A DNA stretch of 64,000 bases from Candidatus Dadabacteria bacterium (GCA_020849425.1 JADLGH010000080.1:823-64822); one strand, 5' to 3'; counted from the stretch's first letter, positions 18,074-31,737 are shown. The notes: generated from the letters alone by a model not told the origin. Program-made: numbers and translations.

Positions 18074-19447
18074 ATGTCGGAAGCGAAAATCGTGATAGCC
18101 GGCGGCGGGCTCGCCGGCGTCGAGGCCGCGAACCAGGCAGCGAAGGCCGGGATCGGCGTCAGGCTCTACGAGATGAGGCCCGGGACGACGTCGCCCGCGC
18201 ACAGCACCGGGGACCTCGGGGAGCTCGTCTGCAGTAATTCCCTCAAGTCGGATTCCCTGGAGAACGCGAGCGGCATATTGAAGGAGGAGATGAGGAGGCT
18301 CGGATCGCTCGTCATAGAGGTCGCCGACAGGACGCGCGTCCCGGCGGGGAAGGCCCTGGCCGTGGATAGGGTGAAGTTCGCGGAGTACATAACGGAGAGG
18401 ATAGAGGCGAATCCGCTTATAGAGCTCGTGAGGGAGGAATTCACGGAGATACCGGGGCATCTCGCGCGGCCGCATATCATAGCCACGGGGCCTCTCACCT
18501 CGGAGGCCCTTTCGGAAAGAATAAGGAAGATGTCGGACGGACCGGACCTCTATTTTTACGACGCGATATCGCCCATAGTGGAGGCGGAGTCGATAGATTA
18601 CTCGAAGGTTTTCAGGGCGTCCCGTTACGAGGACGGGGAGACGGAGGAAGGGGATTACCTCAACTGCCCCCTCGACAGCGAGGGGTATTACAGGCTCGTC
18701 GAGGAGCTCGGGAACGCGGAGAAGATCGAGACGCGCGACTTCGAGAAGGGGATTTATTTCGAGAGCTGCCTTCCGGTGGAAGTTATAGTCGAGAGGGGGG
18801 TCGATACGCTGAGATTCGGGCCCGCAAAGCCCGTCGGCCTTAAGGACCCCCGGACCGGAAAGACGCCGTTCGCCGTGATTCAGCTCCGGGCCGAGAACCC
18901 GGAGGGGACGATGTTCAATATCGTCGGGTTTCAGACGAAGCTCCGGTACCCCGAGCAGAGGCGCATATTCAGGATGATCCCCGGGCTCGAGAACGCCGAA
19001 TTCATGAGATACGGGAGCGTTCACAGGAACACCTATATTAATTCGCCCGCGCTTCTCCGGCCGACGCTCCAGACGAAGACGGACCCCATGCTGTTTTTCG
19101 CGGGGCAGATCGTCGGCGTCGAGGGGTATGCGGAATCGGCAGCCATGGGAATAATAGCGGGGATAAACGCCGCGAGGCTCGTCTCGGGAAAAGAGCCGGC
19201 CGTGCCGCCGAGGGAGACGGCCATGGGGTCGCTCCTCGGTTACATAACAGATGCGGGCATAAAGAAATTCCAGCCCATGAACATCAATTTCGGACTCTTC
19301 CCGGCCCTTCCGGGGAAGGTGCGGAAGGCGGAGAGGAAGGGGGCCGTGGCCGAGAGGGCGCTCTTTGCGATAGGCGGCTTCGCCCATGCCCAGGAGAGCG
19401 AATTAAGTCAGTCGCGAGCGAGGTTTACGAGCGTAAGCCAAAGCTGA
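18074..19447 (+). CDS. trmFO: Methylenetetrahydrofolate--tRNA-(uracil-5-)-methyltransferase TrmFO
   Basis: FAD-binding [12 protein letters not shown], the SPAH.TG.L.ELVCSNS block, and full-length resemblance to TrmFO/Gid. Confidence 0.95.
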   Translation: MSEAKIVIAGGGLAGVEAANQAAKAGIGVRLYEMRPGTTSPAHSTGDLGELVCSNSLKSDSLENASGILKEEMRRLGSLVIEVADRTRVPAGKALAVDRVKFAEYITERIEANPLIELVREEFTEIPGHLARPHIIATGPLTSEALSERIRKMSDGPDLYFYDAISPIVEAESIDYSKVFRASRYEDGETEEGDYLNCPLDSEGYYRLVEELGNAEKIETRDFEKGIYFESCLPVEVIVERGVDTLRFGPAKPVGLKDPRTGKTPFAVIQLRAENPEGTMFNIVGFQTKLRYPEQRRIFRMIPGLENAEFMRYGSVHRNTYINSPALLRPTLQTKTDPMLFFAGQIVGVEGYAESAAMGIIAGINAARLVSGKEPAVPPRETAMGSLLGYITDAGIKKFQPMNINFGLFPALPGKVRKAERKGAVAERALFAIGGFAHAQESELSQSRARFTSVSQS

Positions 19448-19499
19448 AAAAACGCGGCTGCGGGGGCTTTCAAGACTTCAGGGAATTCATAAACTTTAC

Positions 19500-19528
19500 T
19501 TGACATTTATAATAAAGTGGTCTAATTT
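19500..19528 (+). promoter_or_regulatory. Sigma-70-like promoter for the MerR-family gene (TTGACA-N17-TAATTT)
   Basis: TTGACA at 19500-19505, a 17-nt spacer, TAATTT at 19523-19528. The ATG at 19536 lies ~8 nt after the -10, which implies a leaderless or very short-leader mRNA. Confidence 0.4.
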
Positions 19529-19535
19529 TTACATT

Positions 19536-19880
19536 ATGCTTCAGAACAGGGCGGAAGTCAGTCTTCCGGATAAAATATACTTCCGGATAGGTGAAGTGAG
19601 CGATTTCACGGGAATAAAACCCTACGTGCTCAGGTACTGGGAAAGCGAGTTCGAGGAGATCGCGCCTATCAGGAGAAAGTCCCAGAGGCTATACGACAGG
19701 GAAGCTATTCACACGATCATAAAGATCAAGAACATGCTTTACGATCAGAACTTCACCATAGCCGGGGCGAAGAAAAAGCTCAAGGAAGAGGCCAGCCAGA
19801 AACGGGTCAGCACGAAGGTCAACGTTCTGCTGCATGAAATCCTGGGCGAGCTGAAGTCCATAAAGCAGAATCTTGGATGA
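19536..19880 (+). CDS. MerR family transcriptional regulator
   Basis: Inner ATG of ORF 19500..19880 (the TTG at 19500 is part of the -35 box). HTH IGEVSDFTGIKPYVLRYWESEF followed by a MerR wing/helix region. Confidence 0.8.
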   Translation: MLQNRAEVSLPDKIYFRIGEVSDFTGIKPYVLRYWESEFEEIAPIRRKSQRLYDREAIHTIIKIKNMLYDQNFTIAGAKKKLKEEASQKRVSTKVNVLLHEILGELKSIKQNLG

Positions 19881-19926
19881 AGGCCCGCTTTCCCCTTTAT
19901 AATTCAGGGTATCCAGTTTAATCAGG

Positions 19927-20003
19927 CGGGGTGTAGCGCAGCTTGGTAGCGCATCGGCATGGGGTGCCGAGGGTCGCCGGTTCGATTCCGGCCACCCCGA
20001 CCA
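19927..20003 (+). tRNA. tRNA-Pro (anticodon GGG)
   Basis: CGGGGTG/CACCCCG acceptor stem, anticodon loop ATGGGGT (U33, GGG, G37), T-loop TTCGATT. The 3' CCA is encoded. Confidence 0.95.
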
Positions 20004-20119
20004 CGATATAATTTCAGAGAAATTCAAACGGCTTACACCGCCCGGACTTGCCCCGGGAGGGTAATTGTGTATTTTCTATTGTTCCAGGCTGAAGGCCGCG
20101 CCCTTACCGGAAAAGAATC

Positions 20120-20878
20120 ATGCCCCCGACCATACTCATATCGAACGACGACGGAATAAATTCGGAAGGACTTCACAAGCTGCACGAGACTTTAAAGGAA
20201 CTGGGCGAGGTGTTCGTGGTCGCCCCGGACAGGGACCAGAGCGCCGTGAGCCACTCGCTGAGCCTTTACCGGCCGCTCAGGATAGAACGGATATCGGACA
20301 ACGTTTATACAGTGGACGGAACGCCGACGGATTGTATCAACATCGCCGTTAACGGAATACTCAAGGACCGGAAAATCGATATCGTCGTCTCGGGTATAAA
20401 CAAGGGGGAGAACCTCGGGGACGACATAACGTATTCGGGGACTGTGAGCGCGGCGATGGAGGGAGCGCTCCTGGGCGTGCCGTCTATAGCCGTTTCGCTC
20501 GCGACGAAGGTGGACTTCAATTTCGAGGCTGCGGCCTATTATTCGCGGCTCATAGCGGAGTACGTTCTCCGCTCGAAGCTCCCGCCGGCGACGATACTGA
20601 ACGTGAACGTGCCGCACATGCCCCGGGGCGACATAAGGGGCGTACTCGTAACGAGACAGGGAAAGCGCGTCTACGGCGAGCCGATAGTGGAGAAAGTGGA
20701 CCCGCGCGGGAAGAAGTATTACTGGATAGGCGGGTACGAGCTCGGATCGGTAGACATCGAGAACTCGGACATAACGGCCGTCAAGAGCGGGTACGTATCG
20801 GTGACCCCCATAAGCCTTGACCTTACGGATTACGGATTTCTGGACAAGTTGAGGGGAGACCTGCCCGAAAGGCCCTGA
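20120..20878 (+). CDS. surE: 5'/3'-nucleotidase SurE
   Basis: ILISNDDGI.S.G...L, VVAPDRDQSA and GTPTDC are canonical SurE motifs. Confidence 0.95.
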   Translation: MPPTILISNDDGINSEGLHKLHETLKELGEVFVVAPDRDQSAVSHSLSLYRPLRIERISDNVYTVDGTPTDCINIAVNGILKDRKIDIVVSGINKGENLGDDITYSGTVSAAMEGALLGVPSIAVSLATKVDFNFEAAAYYSRLIAEYVLRSKLPPATILNVNVPHMPRGDIRGVLVTRQGKRVYGEPIVEKVDPRGKKYYWIGGYELGSVDIENSDITAVKSGYVSVTPISLDLTDYGFLDKLRGDLPERP

Positions 20879-20880
20879 GC

Positions 20881-21462
20881 ATGATAAGAAGGATATACGA
20901 CTGGGTCCTGGGGTGGTCGGATACGAAATACGGCGTGACGGCGCTGTCCGTCGTCTCGTTCATAGAGTCCTCGTTTTTCCCCGTCCCGCCCGACCCGCTG
21001 CTCATGGCGCTTTGCATGGGAAAGCCCGAGAGGTCTTTCAGGTACGCCGCCATATGCTCGGCGATGTCCGTCCTGGGAGGGATATTCGGTTATCTCATAG
21101 GATGGGCGATATGGGAGCTCGTAGACGATTTCTTCTTCGCCTACGTTTTCAGCCGGGAGGTGTTCGAGCTCGTCGGGACGCAGTACGAGAATAACGCGTT
21201 CGTCGCCGTTCTTACCGCGGCGGTCACGCCCATTCCGTACAAGGTTTTTACCGTTACCGCTGGGGTGTTCCAGATAAGCCTCGCGACCCTGATAGCGGCC
21301 TCGGTCATAGGGAGGTCGGCGAGGTTCTTTCTCGAAGCGGGGCTCATATATTTCTTCGGCGCCGGAACAAAATCTTTCATCGATAAATATTTTAACTTGC
21401 TGGTTACGCTCTTCTTTGTTCTCCTCGTCCTCGGACTCGTCGGCGTCAAGTATTTATTTTGA
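20881..21462 (+). CDS. YqaA/DedA-related (VTT domain) membrane protein
   Basis: 193 aa. ESSFFPVPPDPLL motif and four or five hydrophobic helices. Starts 3 nt after the surE stop. Confidence 0.75.
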   Translation: MIRRIYDWVLGWSDTKYGVTALSVVSFIESSFFPVPPDPLLMALCMGKPERSFRYAAICSAMSVLGGIFGYLIGWAIWELVDDFFFAYVFSREVFELVGTQYENNAFVAVLTAAVTPIPYKVFTVTAGVFQISLATLIAASVIGRSARFFLEAGLIYFFGAGTKSFIDKYFNLLVTLFFVLLVLGLVGVKYLF

Positions 21463-21576
21463 CAAATCCCAGCCGTGCGGGAATTTTAATTCTCTCCCCA
21501 TTCCCGCCGAAATACCGAAAAGGGTTACGGTGGCCATAACGTATATGTTATCCTTCTACGTCCGGAGGCAACTAGA

Positions 21577-22785
21577 ATGAGCGATTTCTATCAGACAGAA
21601 ACAATTTCGACGCTTCACAGGCTTAACAGGAATAACGTTTCGCAGCTCGAATCTGAGCTCGAGGAATTCTGCGATACGCGGCCTATCGCACTGGTTCTCC
21701 CGTGCCTTTACTCGGAGCTCAAGAGAAAGGCTCTCAAGGACATATTGAAGAAGCTCAAGGACGTTAAATACCTGAACGAAATCGTGATAACCCTCGGAAG
21801 GGCGAGCGAGGACGAGTTCAGGCACGCGCAGGAGTATTTTTCTATACTGCCGCAGAACTACAAGATAATCTGGGACGACGGGGAGAGGATGACGTCCGTC
21901 TTTAACCTCCTCAAGGAGAACAGGCTCCACGCCGGGGACCCCGGGAAAGGAAGGGCCGCGTGGATAGCGTACGGATACGTCCTCGCCGGGGAGAAGAGCG
22001 AGGTGATAGCCCTTCATGACTGCGACATACTGACATATTCACGGGAGCTCCTCGCGAGGCTCTGTTACCCGGTAGCGAACCCGAACATGGATTACGAGTT
22101 CTGTAAGGGCTACTATTCTAGGGTTACGGACAGGATGTTCGGAAGGGTGACCCGGCTCTTTATATCCCCCGTCGTAAGGGCGCTCAAAAAGATATTCGGG
22201 CACCTTCCGTTCCTGGAGTACCTGGACAGCTTCAGGTATCCGCTGGCCGGGGAGTTCTCGATGAGGACGGACCTCGTGAGGGTGAACAGGATCCCGGCCG
22301 ACTGGGGGCTCGAAGTGGGCTCGCTCGCGGAGGTGTTCAGGAACGTTTCCCTAAAGAGGGTGTGCCAGGTGGACCTTGCGGACAATTACGACCACAAGCA
22401 CCAGGAGGTATCCCCCGACGACCAGAAGGGCGGGCTCCTCAAGATGTGCGCCGACATATCGCAGTCGCTCTTCAGGACGCTTTCGTCCGAGGGCGTGGTA
22501 TTCTCGGACAACATATTCAACACGCTTTTAGTCACGTACCTTAAAATCGCGCAGGACACTATAAAGATGTACGAGGACGACGCGGCCATAAACAGCCTTT
22601 TCTTCGACAGGCACGACGAGGGGCTCGCGGTGGAGACGTTCGCCAAGGGGATAAGGATCGCGAGCCACCAGTTCCTCGAAGACCCGCTGGGCTCGCCCCT
22701 CATTCCGAACTGGAGCAGGGTTACTTCGGCAATCCCCGACATACTCGATCAGCTGAAGGATGCCGTAGAGAAGGACAATGCCTAG
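21577..22785 (+). CDS. Glucosyl-/mannosyl-3-phosphoglycerate synthase-like glycosyltransferase
   Basis: 402 aa. GT-A DxD (ALHDCDILTY) plus blocks LARLCYPV, YEFCKGYYSRV, GRVTRLF, SFRYPLAGEF, IPADWGLEVG and YDHKHQ, which I recall from GpgS-type enzymes. Followed by the cognate-type phosphatase. Confidence 0.7.
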   Translation: MSDFYQTETISTLHRLNRNNVSQLESELEEFCDTRPIALVLPCLYSELKRKALKDILKKLKDVKYLNEIVITLGRASEDEFRHAQEYFSILPQNYKIIWDDGERMTSVFNLLKENRLHAGDPGKGRAAWIAYGYVLAGEKSEVIALHDCDILTYSRELLARLCYPVANPNMDYEFCKGYYSRVTDRMFGRVTRLFISPVVRALKKIFGHLPFLEYLDSFRYPLAGEFSMRTDLVRVNRIPADWGLEVGSLAEVFRNVSLKRVCQVDLADNYDHKHQEVSPDDQKGGLLKMCADISQSLFRTLSSEGVVFSDNIFNTLLVTYLKIAQDTIKMYEDDAAINSLFFDRHDEGLAVETFAKGIRIASHQFLEDPLGSPLIPNWSRVTSAIPDILDQLKDAVEKDNA

Positions 22786-23605
22786 GCTCGTTCTGTTCAC
22801 GGACCTGGACGGAACGCTGCTCGACCACGACACGTATTCGTTCGGGCCCGCCCGGGAGGCGTTGGCGGCGCTCGAATCGGAGAGCGTCCCAGTCGTATTC
22901 ACTACGAGCAAGACCAGGGCCGAGATAGAGAAGTGGAGGCGGCTTACGGGGAATACCGATCCGTTCATTTCCGAGAACGGCGGCGCTATATTCGTACCAG
23001 AGGGGTATTTCAGAGGGGATTTCGTATACGACAGGAAGGAGGACGGGTATCTCGTAATAGAGCTCGGGGCCCCGCACCGGGAGGTCGTCCGGGCGCTCGA
23101 AGACATTCGGCGCGGGACGGGCATAGAGATAAGGGGCGTCTCGGATATGGGCGTCGAGGAAGTGATGGAGCTCGCGGGGCTCGGCGAAGAGGACGCCGGG
23201 CTCGTCCGCGAGCGGGAGTACGGGGAGCCGTTCGTCGTGGGCGGGGGCAGCGAGGCGGAAGAGACAGTCGTCGGCGAAATCGAAAAACGCGGGTTAACAC
23301 ACACGCAGGGCGGGAGATTCCATCACATACTGGGGCGGAGCGACAAGGGTAAGGCCGTTTCCATACTGAAGGGGCTATACGTCAGGGAATGGGGCGTGGT
23401 CGAGACCGCCGGGATCGGGGACAGCCTTAACGACCTTTCGATGCTGAAGGCGGTGGACATACCGATTCTCGTCCGGAAGCCGGGCGGAGGATACGACGAG
23501 AGGGTCAGCATCACAGGGATGGCCGTTGCGGACGCCCCGGGGCCCAGCGGATGGAACTCCGCTATATTAAAGCTGATTGTCAGCTTTAGTGAAAAAGGGC
23601 CCTGA
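22778..23605 (+). CDS. HAD-IIB phosphatase, mannosyl-/glucosyl-3-phosphoglycerate phosphatase family
   Basis: LVLFTDLDGTLLD (DxD nucleophile motif), VVFTTSKT, ENGGAIF and GIGDSLNDLSML. Overlaps the synthase gene by 8 nt. Confidence 0.75.
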   Translation: MPRLVLFTDLDGTLLDHDTYSFGPAREALAALESESVPVVFTTSKTRAEIEKWRRLTGNTDPFISENGGAIFVPEGYFRGDFVYDRKEDGYLVIELGAPHREVVRALEDIRRGTGIEIRGVSDMGVEEVMELAGLGEEDAGLVREREYGEPFVVGGGSEAEETVVGEIEKRGLTHTQGGRFHHILGRSDKGKAVSILKGLYVREWGVVETAGIGDSLNDLSMLKAVDIPILVRKPGGGYDERVSITGMAVADAPGPSGWNSAILKLIVSFSEKGP

Positions 23606-23648
23606 GAACAATAGAATCGGGGAATACCCAGTGGTATCATTATAATCC

Positions 23649-24644
23649 GTGAGGCAGATACACATAAGGCACAAGAGGCGGAAGAAGAAGGGCGATTTAC
23701 TGCCTTTTATTATCGGCTCCGTCCTGTTTCACCTCCTTTTACTGATATTCTTCGTCGTATACCAGCTGGACCTTGCCCCGAAGGTAGCCAAGGAAGAAAA
23801 AAAGCCCGAATTCATCGAGATAACGGACATCCCCGTACCCAAAGAGAAGGAAACGAAGCCGCCAAAGGAAACGAAGCGCCTGGCGGAGAGGTCACACGAC
23901 GCGCCCGAGGAAAAGACGCGCGACGAGTTTACGAAGAGAGCCCCGTCCGTCCCGGCGCAGCCAGTGCCGGCTGTCCCTCCCGCCCCCCGGCCGAAGCCCC
24001 AGGTAAAGAAAGAAAAGCCCGTCGAGAAGAAGCCGGAAAAGAAGCCCGAAGCCAAGGTCGCCAAGCGCGAGGAAGTGAAGAAGCAGGTTGAGAAAGAGGA
24101 GCAGATGAGAAAGGAGGCCCTGGCGGCGCTTCCCAAGGAAGAGCTCAGGAAGGAAACCACCACGAAGGAAGCGGCGCGGGAAAGGACGCCGACGAAGGAC
24201 CCCTCGGAAATAACGAGGGAGGCCCTTTTCAGCGGTGTTCCGAGCACGTTCCCCCAGGAATCGCAGAACACGCAGGATTATCTCGGCGCGAGGGACGTTA
24301 ACAAGAGAGAGGATACAGTCGAGCTCAGCACGACGGAGTATAAGTACATCTCCTACTTCGCCAAGCTGAAGAGGCAGATAGAGGGCGTCTGGGGATACCC
24401 CCAGGAATCGCGCATGCACGGGGAGCAGGGACAGCTGTACCTAGTTTTTACGATAAAGAGGAACGGGGAGCTGGCGAATATAGAGCTCTTGAGGTCCTCG
24501 GGGTACGCGCGGCTCGACCAGGAGGCCATGAGGGCCATAAGGGCGGCCTCGCCTTTCGCCCCTTTCCCCGAAGCGTGGGGCTCGCTCGAGGTCCTTAACA
24601 TTAAGGCCACGTTCATATACGAGTTCGGCGGGTTTATAAGGTAG
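23649..24644 (+). CDS. TonB family energy transducer
   Basis: N-terminal TM anchor, a long Pro/Lys/Glu-rich linker and a C-terminal TonB domain (YISYFAKLKRQIE..G.L.L.F.I...G....I.LLRSSGY..LD.EA..AI). Confidence 0.8.
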   Translation: MRQIHIRHKRRKKKGDLLPFIIGSVLFHLLLLIFFVVYQLDLAPKVAKEEKKPEFIEITDIPVPKEKETKPPKETKRLAERSHDAPEEKTRDEFTKRAPSVPAQPVPAVPPAPRPKPQVKKEKPVEKKPEKKPEAKVAKREEVKKQVEKEEQMRKEALAALPKEELRKETTTKEAARERTPTKDPSEITREALFSGVPSTFPQESQNTQDYLGARDVNKREDTVELSTTEYKYISYFAKLKRQIEGVWGYPQESRMHGEQGQLYLVFTIKRNGELANIELLRSSGYARLDQEAMRAIRAASPFAPFPEAWGSLEVLNIKATFIYEFGGFIR

Positions 24645-24653
24645 GGCTAATAA

Positions 24654-25694
24654 CTACGACACGATTACGCCCGCGCCGCGCGGACGTTTCTTTACTATCT
24701 CGCCTATAACCGAGGCCTTCTCCTTCATGCCGCGGAGCTTCTTCAAGACCGCGTCCGCAGTTTCGGAAGGCACCACGATTATCATCCCGACGCCGCAGTT
24801 AAACGTCCGCAGCATCTCGTCGCGATCGACCCGCCCTTCCCTTTCGATGAGGTCCATAACGGGGGGCATCTTCCATTGGGAGGAATCGAGGGAGGCGGCG
24901 CATTCCTTAGGGAGAACGCGCGGGATGTTTTCGAGGAGGCCGCCGCCCGTGATGTGCGCGGCGGCGTTTATCTGAAAACCGCGCCTGAGCCCGAGTATCG
25001 TTTTGACGTATATGCGGGTCGGTTCGAGGAGCTCCTCGCCGAGGGGGCGAGAGAGCGGAGCGATTTTCGCATCGAGCCTGTATTTTTTCTTTTCGAGGAG
25101 GACCTTCCTGGCGAGGGAGTAGCCGTTCGAATGAAGGCCGCTCGAAGGGAGGCCTATGACGGCGTCGCCGGCCCTTACGCGGGAGCCGTCTATAATATCG
25201 TCCTTGTCGATTATGCCGACCGCAAAGCCGGCGAGGTCGAACTCGCCGTTCTTATAGAACCCGGGCATCTCGGCCGTCTCGCCCCCGAGGAGCGCACACC
25301 CGGCCGCCTTGCAGCCCGCGACTATCCCTTTTATGATCTCGGCGGCTTCTTTGGGTTTTAGATTCGAGGTTGCGAGATAATCCAGGAAAAAGAGGGGCTC
25401 CGCGCCGCATGCGACGAGGTCGTTCACGTTCATGGCGACGAGGTCAATGCCAACGGTGCCCAGCTTGCCCGTCATGAAGGCTATTTTGAGCTTCGTTCCG
25501 ACGCCGTCCGTCGCCGCCATGAGGACCGGCCTTTTATACCTGCCCGCCGGCAGCTCGTAAGCCCCGGAGAAGCCGCCTATTTTACCGAGGACGCTCTTGT
25601 TCGCGGTGGATTTCGCGAGCGGCTTTATGAGCTCGACGAAGAGGTTGCCGACGTCTATATCGACCCCGGAGCTTTTGTATGTTGTCTTCGCCAT
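24654..25694 (-). CDS. purM: Phosphoribosylformylglycinamidine cyclo-ligase (AIR synthetase) PurM
   Basis: YKSSGVDID, GGF.G, ATDGVGTKL and DYLA are canonical PurM blocks. 346 aa. Confidence 0.95.
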   Translation of the reverse strand: MAKTTYKSSGVDIDVGNLFVELIKPLAKSTANKSVLGKIGGFSGAYELPAGRYKRPVLMAATDGVGTKLKIAFMTGKLGTVGIDLVAMNVNDLVACGAEPLFFLDYLATSNLKPKEAAEIIKGIVAGCKAAGCALLGGETAEMPGFYKNGEFDLAGFAVGIIDKDDIIDGSRVRAGDAVIGLPSSGLHSNGYSLARKVLLEKKKYRLDAKIAPLSRPLGEELLEPTRIYVKTILGLRRGFQINAAAHITGGGLLENIPRVLPKECAASLDSSQWKMPPVMDLIEREGRVDRDEMLRTFNCGVGMIIVVPSETADAVLKKLRGMKEKASVIGEIVKKRPRGAGVIVS

Positions 25695-25913
25695 AACGGG
25701 TTTGAAAGATACCTGAGGGGCAGGGTTTGTCTACGAGAGCCCGGGAGATGGATCGAACCGTCCCGCGCCGGACACCACAGGAAGAAAAATGCCCGATTTC
25801 GGCCGGTGACCAAGATTGCCGCCGCCATGCATTTCCAAAAAATTTATATAATGGTATTATTTTCCGTCGAATTTTTTCGGGAAGGAAGGATTTTATCCGA
25901 TAGGGTTTTATAG

Positions 25914-26801
25914 ATGACTTTTCAGGAACTGATACTTTCACTCCAGAGCTACTGGGCGAAAAAAGGGTGCATCATAGTGCAGCCTTACGACACGGAGAAG
26001 GGCGCGGGTACGTTTCACCCCGCGACGTTTTTGAGGTGTCTCGGCCCGGAGCCGTGGTACGTGGCGTACGTGGAGCCTTCGAGGCGTCCGACGGACGGAC
26101 GATACGGGGAGAATCCGAACAGGCTCCAGCACTACTACCAGTTCCAGGTGATAATAAAGCCGTCGCCGGATAACGTACAGGAGATCTACCTCGACAGCCT
26201 CCGGCATTTGGGGATAGACCCGCTCGCGCACGACATAAGGTTTGTCGAGGACGACTGGGAGTCGCCGACGCTGGGCGCGTGGGGGCTCGGGTGGGAAGTG
26301 TGGCTCGACGGTATGGAGATAACGCAGTTCACTTATTTTCAGCAGGCGGGGGGCATAGACTTAAAGCCCGTTTCCGCCGAGCTAACGTACGGCACGGAGA
26401 GGATCGCCATGTACCTCCAGGGGGTAGAGAGCGTGTACGACCTAGAATGGACGAAGGGGGTCACTTACGGCGAGATACACCACAGGGACGAGTACGAATT
26501 TTCGACGTATAACTTTCAGGAATCGGACCCGGAGATGCTCCGGGACCTTTTCGATAAATTCGAAGCCGAGTCGAGGAAGCTGGCGCAAAAGGAGCTGCCC
26601 CTACCGGCTTACGATTACTGCCTTAAATGTTCGCATACGTTTAATCTGCTGGACGCCCGGGGCGCCATAGGCGTCGCCGAGAGGGCGTCGTACATAGGCA
26701 AGGTGAGGGCGCTCGCGAAGATGTGCGCCGAGGGGTACCTGAGACAAAGGGAGGCGATGGGATATCCCCTGGCTTTAAAAGATCCATGGGCAAAGAGCTG
26801 A
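25914..26801 (+). CDS. glyQ: Glycine--tRNA ligase alpha subunit
   Basis: [19 protein letters not shown]...[18 protein letters not shown], full-length GlyQ pattern. Confidence 0.95.
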   Translation: MTFQELILSLQSYWAKKGCIIVQPYDTEKGAGTFHPATFLRCLGPEPWYVAYVEPSRRPTDGRYGENPNRLQHYYQFQVIIKPSPDNVQEIYLDSLRHLGIDPLAHDIRFVEDDWESPTLGAWGLGWEVWLDGMEITQFTYFQQAGGIDLKPVSAELTYGTERIAMYLQGVESVYDLEWTKGVTYGEIHHRDEYEFSTYNFQESDPEMLRDLFDKFEAESRKLAQKELPLPAYDYCLKCSHTFNLLDARGAIGVAERASYIGKVRALAKMCAEGYLRQREAMGYPLALKDPWAKS

Positions 26802-28873
26802 TACTGGAGATAGGGACAGAAGAAATCCCGGCGGGATTCATGAACGACGCGATAGAGAGCCTGGCTTCCATCGCAACGAGGAAGCTGGGGGAAAGCGCCG
26901 TTCCGTTCGAGGCGGCCGAAGCCTTCGGCACGCCGAGGAGGCTCGTCCTCAGGGTAACGGGGCTCGCCGAAAAGCAGGAGGACAGGTCCGTCGAGTCTTA
27001 CGGGCCGCCCGTCAGGATAGCTTTCGACGCGGAAGGGAACCCGACGAAGGCGACGCTCGGGTTCGCGAAGTCCCAGGGCGTGGACGTGGGCGACCTCGTG
27101 CGAGTGAGCCGGGACAAGGGCGAGCTTCTGGCGGTGATAAGGCGGGTCAAGGGACAAAAAACCGACGCAATACTCAAACAGCTGTTACCTGAAATAATCA
27201 CATCAATACCTTTTAGAAAATCGATGAAGTGGGGAGACGGGGACGTAACCTTCGTAAGGCCGATAAGGTGGATCCTGGCCGTTTGCGCCGGGAAGACGAT
27301 TTCATTCACCGTGGGCGGCGTGAAGAGCGGGAACAGGAGCCGCGGGCACAGGTTCATGAGCCCGAAGCCCTTCAAGGCCTCCGGGTGGGAGGATTACTCG
27401 CGCGGGCTCGAAGGGGGGTTCGTCGTTTTAGGCCAGGAGAAGAGAAAGGACATTATCCGGGAAGACGTGAGAAAGCTCGCGGAGTCGATAGGCGGAACCG
27501 TGGAGGACGACCCCGAGCTTTTAGAAACGGTGAATTATCTCGTCGAGTACCCGGTGGTGCTGAAGGGGGATTTCGAGAAGGATTTCCTCGAGCTCCCGAA
27601 AGAGGTTCTCATTAGCGTCATGAAGAACCATCAAAAATACTTCCCCGTATTTTCCAGGGCGGAGCCGGGGAAGCTCCTTCCGCATTTTATATTCGTTTCG
27701 GGGACCAGGGTGAAGGACGGGAGCGTCGTTTCGAAGGGGAACGAGAGGGTTATAAAGGCAAGGTTTACGGACGCGCGGTTCTTTTACGACGAGGACAGGA
27801 ACGCGGGGCTCGAGTCGCGCCTCGAAAAATTAAGGGGAATGGTTTTCCTTTCGGAAATCGGGAGCTATTACGACAAGACCGAAAGGCTGAAGGGGCTGGC
27901 CGGCGTGATAGCGGAATCGGTCGGGCGCGGGGAAGCGGCTGCAGACGCGGTGCGCGCGGCGGAGCTGTCGAAGGCCGACCTAGCGACGCAGATGGTCTTC
28001 GAGTTCCCCGAGCTCCAGGGCATCATGGGGAAATACTACGCGAGGCTCGCGGGGGAAAGAGAGGAAGTCGCAGCCGCCATAGAGGAGCAGTACATGCCGA
28101 CCTCGCGCGCGGGAGACCTCCCGGAGACTGCCGCGGGATCTATACTCGGCATCGCCGACAAGGCCGATACGATATCGGCTTGTTTCATGGCCGGGCTCGT
28201 GCCGACGGGGGCTTCGGACCCCTACGCGCTCAGGCGGCAGGCGATAGGAATAATAAATATAGCTCTCGAAAAAGGATTCGCCCTCGACCCGGAGGCCCTT
28301 TTCAGGGCCGGGACAGGGGCGATAGAGAGCCGCGCCGGGGGTAAGCTCAGCGGCAGGGGAGAGGAGACGCTCGGCGGGATAATGGATTTCGTGAGGGAGA
28401 GGTTCCGAAACCTCATGATAGCCGACGGCTTCCCGCAGGACGTCGTCGATGCGGTGCTCGGCGCGGGGTTCGGCGACATAGTCGAGACGAAGAGGAAAAT
28501 AGAGGCCCTGGCCGAATTCAGAAACGCCCCGGATTTCGAATCGCTCGGCATCGCATTCAAGCGTGTCGTGAATATAGTGAAGGGGCAGCCGGGGGGCGAA
28601 GTGAGCGAAGCGCTTTTCGCGGAGCCGGTCGAAAGGGAGCTCTTCACTTCTTTCGAGTCCGCGCGGAGCAGGGCCGGGGAAAGAATGGCCGAAAGGGATT
28701 ATAAGGGCGCCCTGGCAGTTATGAAGGACCTCAAGGAACCCGTAGACAGGTTTTTCGATAACGTAATGGTCATGGACAAGAACGAGGATTTGAAACGGAA
28801 CAGGCTTTCGATGCTCGGGGAAATCAGGGAGCTCTTTTTCACGATAGCCGATTTCTCGAAGCTGAGCACATAA
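26786..28873 (+). CDS. glyS: Glycine--tRNA ligase beta subunit
   Basis: Inner ATG (26723+63) gives the N-terminus [18 protein letters not shown] typical of GlyS. Overlaps the glyQ stop by 16 nt. Confidence 0.93.
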   Translation: MGKELILEIGTEEIPAGFMNDAIESLASIATRKLGESAVPFEAAEAFGTPRRLVLRVTGLAEKQEDRSVESYGPPVRIAFDAEGNPTKATLGFAKSQGVDVGDLVRVSRDKGELLAVIRRVKGQKTDAILKQLLPEIITSIPFRKSMKWGDGDVTFVRPIRWILAVCAGKTISFTVGGVKSGNRSRGHRFMSPKPFKASGWEDYSRGLEGGFVVLGQEKRKDIIREDVRKLAESIGGTVEDDPELLETVNYLVEYPVVLKGDFEKDFLELPKEVLISVMKNHQKYFPVFSRAEPGKLLPHFIFVSGTRVKDGSVVSKGNERVIKARFTDARFFYDEDRNAGLESRLEKLRGMVFLSEIGSYYDKTERLKGLAGVIAESVGRGEAAADAVRAAELSKADLATQMVFEFPELQGIMGKYYARLAGEREEVAAAIEEQYMPTSRAGDLPETAAGSILGIADKADTISACFMAGLVPTGASDPYALRRQAIGIINIALEKGFALDPEALFRAGTGAIESRAGGKLSGRGEETLGGIMDFVRERFRNLMIADGFPQDVVDAVLGAGFGDIVETKRKIEALAEFRNAPDFESLGIAFKRVVNIVKGQPGGEVSEALFAEPVERELFTSFESARSRAGERMAERDYKGALAVMKDLKEPVDRFFDNVMVMDKNEDLKRNRLSMLGEIRELFFTIADFSKLST

Positions 28874-28936
28874 AAAAGAAAACTATGGATTAACCACAGG
28901 GCTTAAAATCAAACTCTATACCAGAAGGAAGCGGCA

Positions 28937-31666
<2,730 letters not shown>

Positions 31667-31693
31667 GATTCCATATTTGAAAACGCAAACGAA

Positions 31694-31737
31694 AAACCCG
31701 CCGGTCTCCACTGGGGAGGCCGGCGGGTTTCTATTTT
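31694..31737. terminator. Bidirectional intrinsic terminator between ppdK and rny
   Basis: A-tract, stem CCCGCCGGTCTCC (31697-31709), loop ACTG, stem GGAGGCCGGCGGG (one G-U pair), then TTTCTATTTT. Confidence 0.7.

Noticed and set aside
26723-26785. Upstream start codons offered by the ORF track for glyS (26723), FKBP (42781), TamB-like (57754), the DUF2945 gene (840), PhaR-like 2 (38729) and the cupin (49482)
   Set aside because: In each case an internal ATG gives the family-typical N-terminus or signal peptide and/or has a proper SD. The upstream extension overlaps the preceding gene or intergenic signals.
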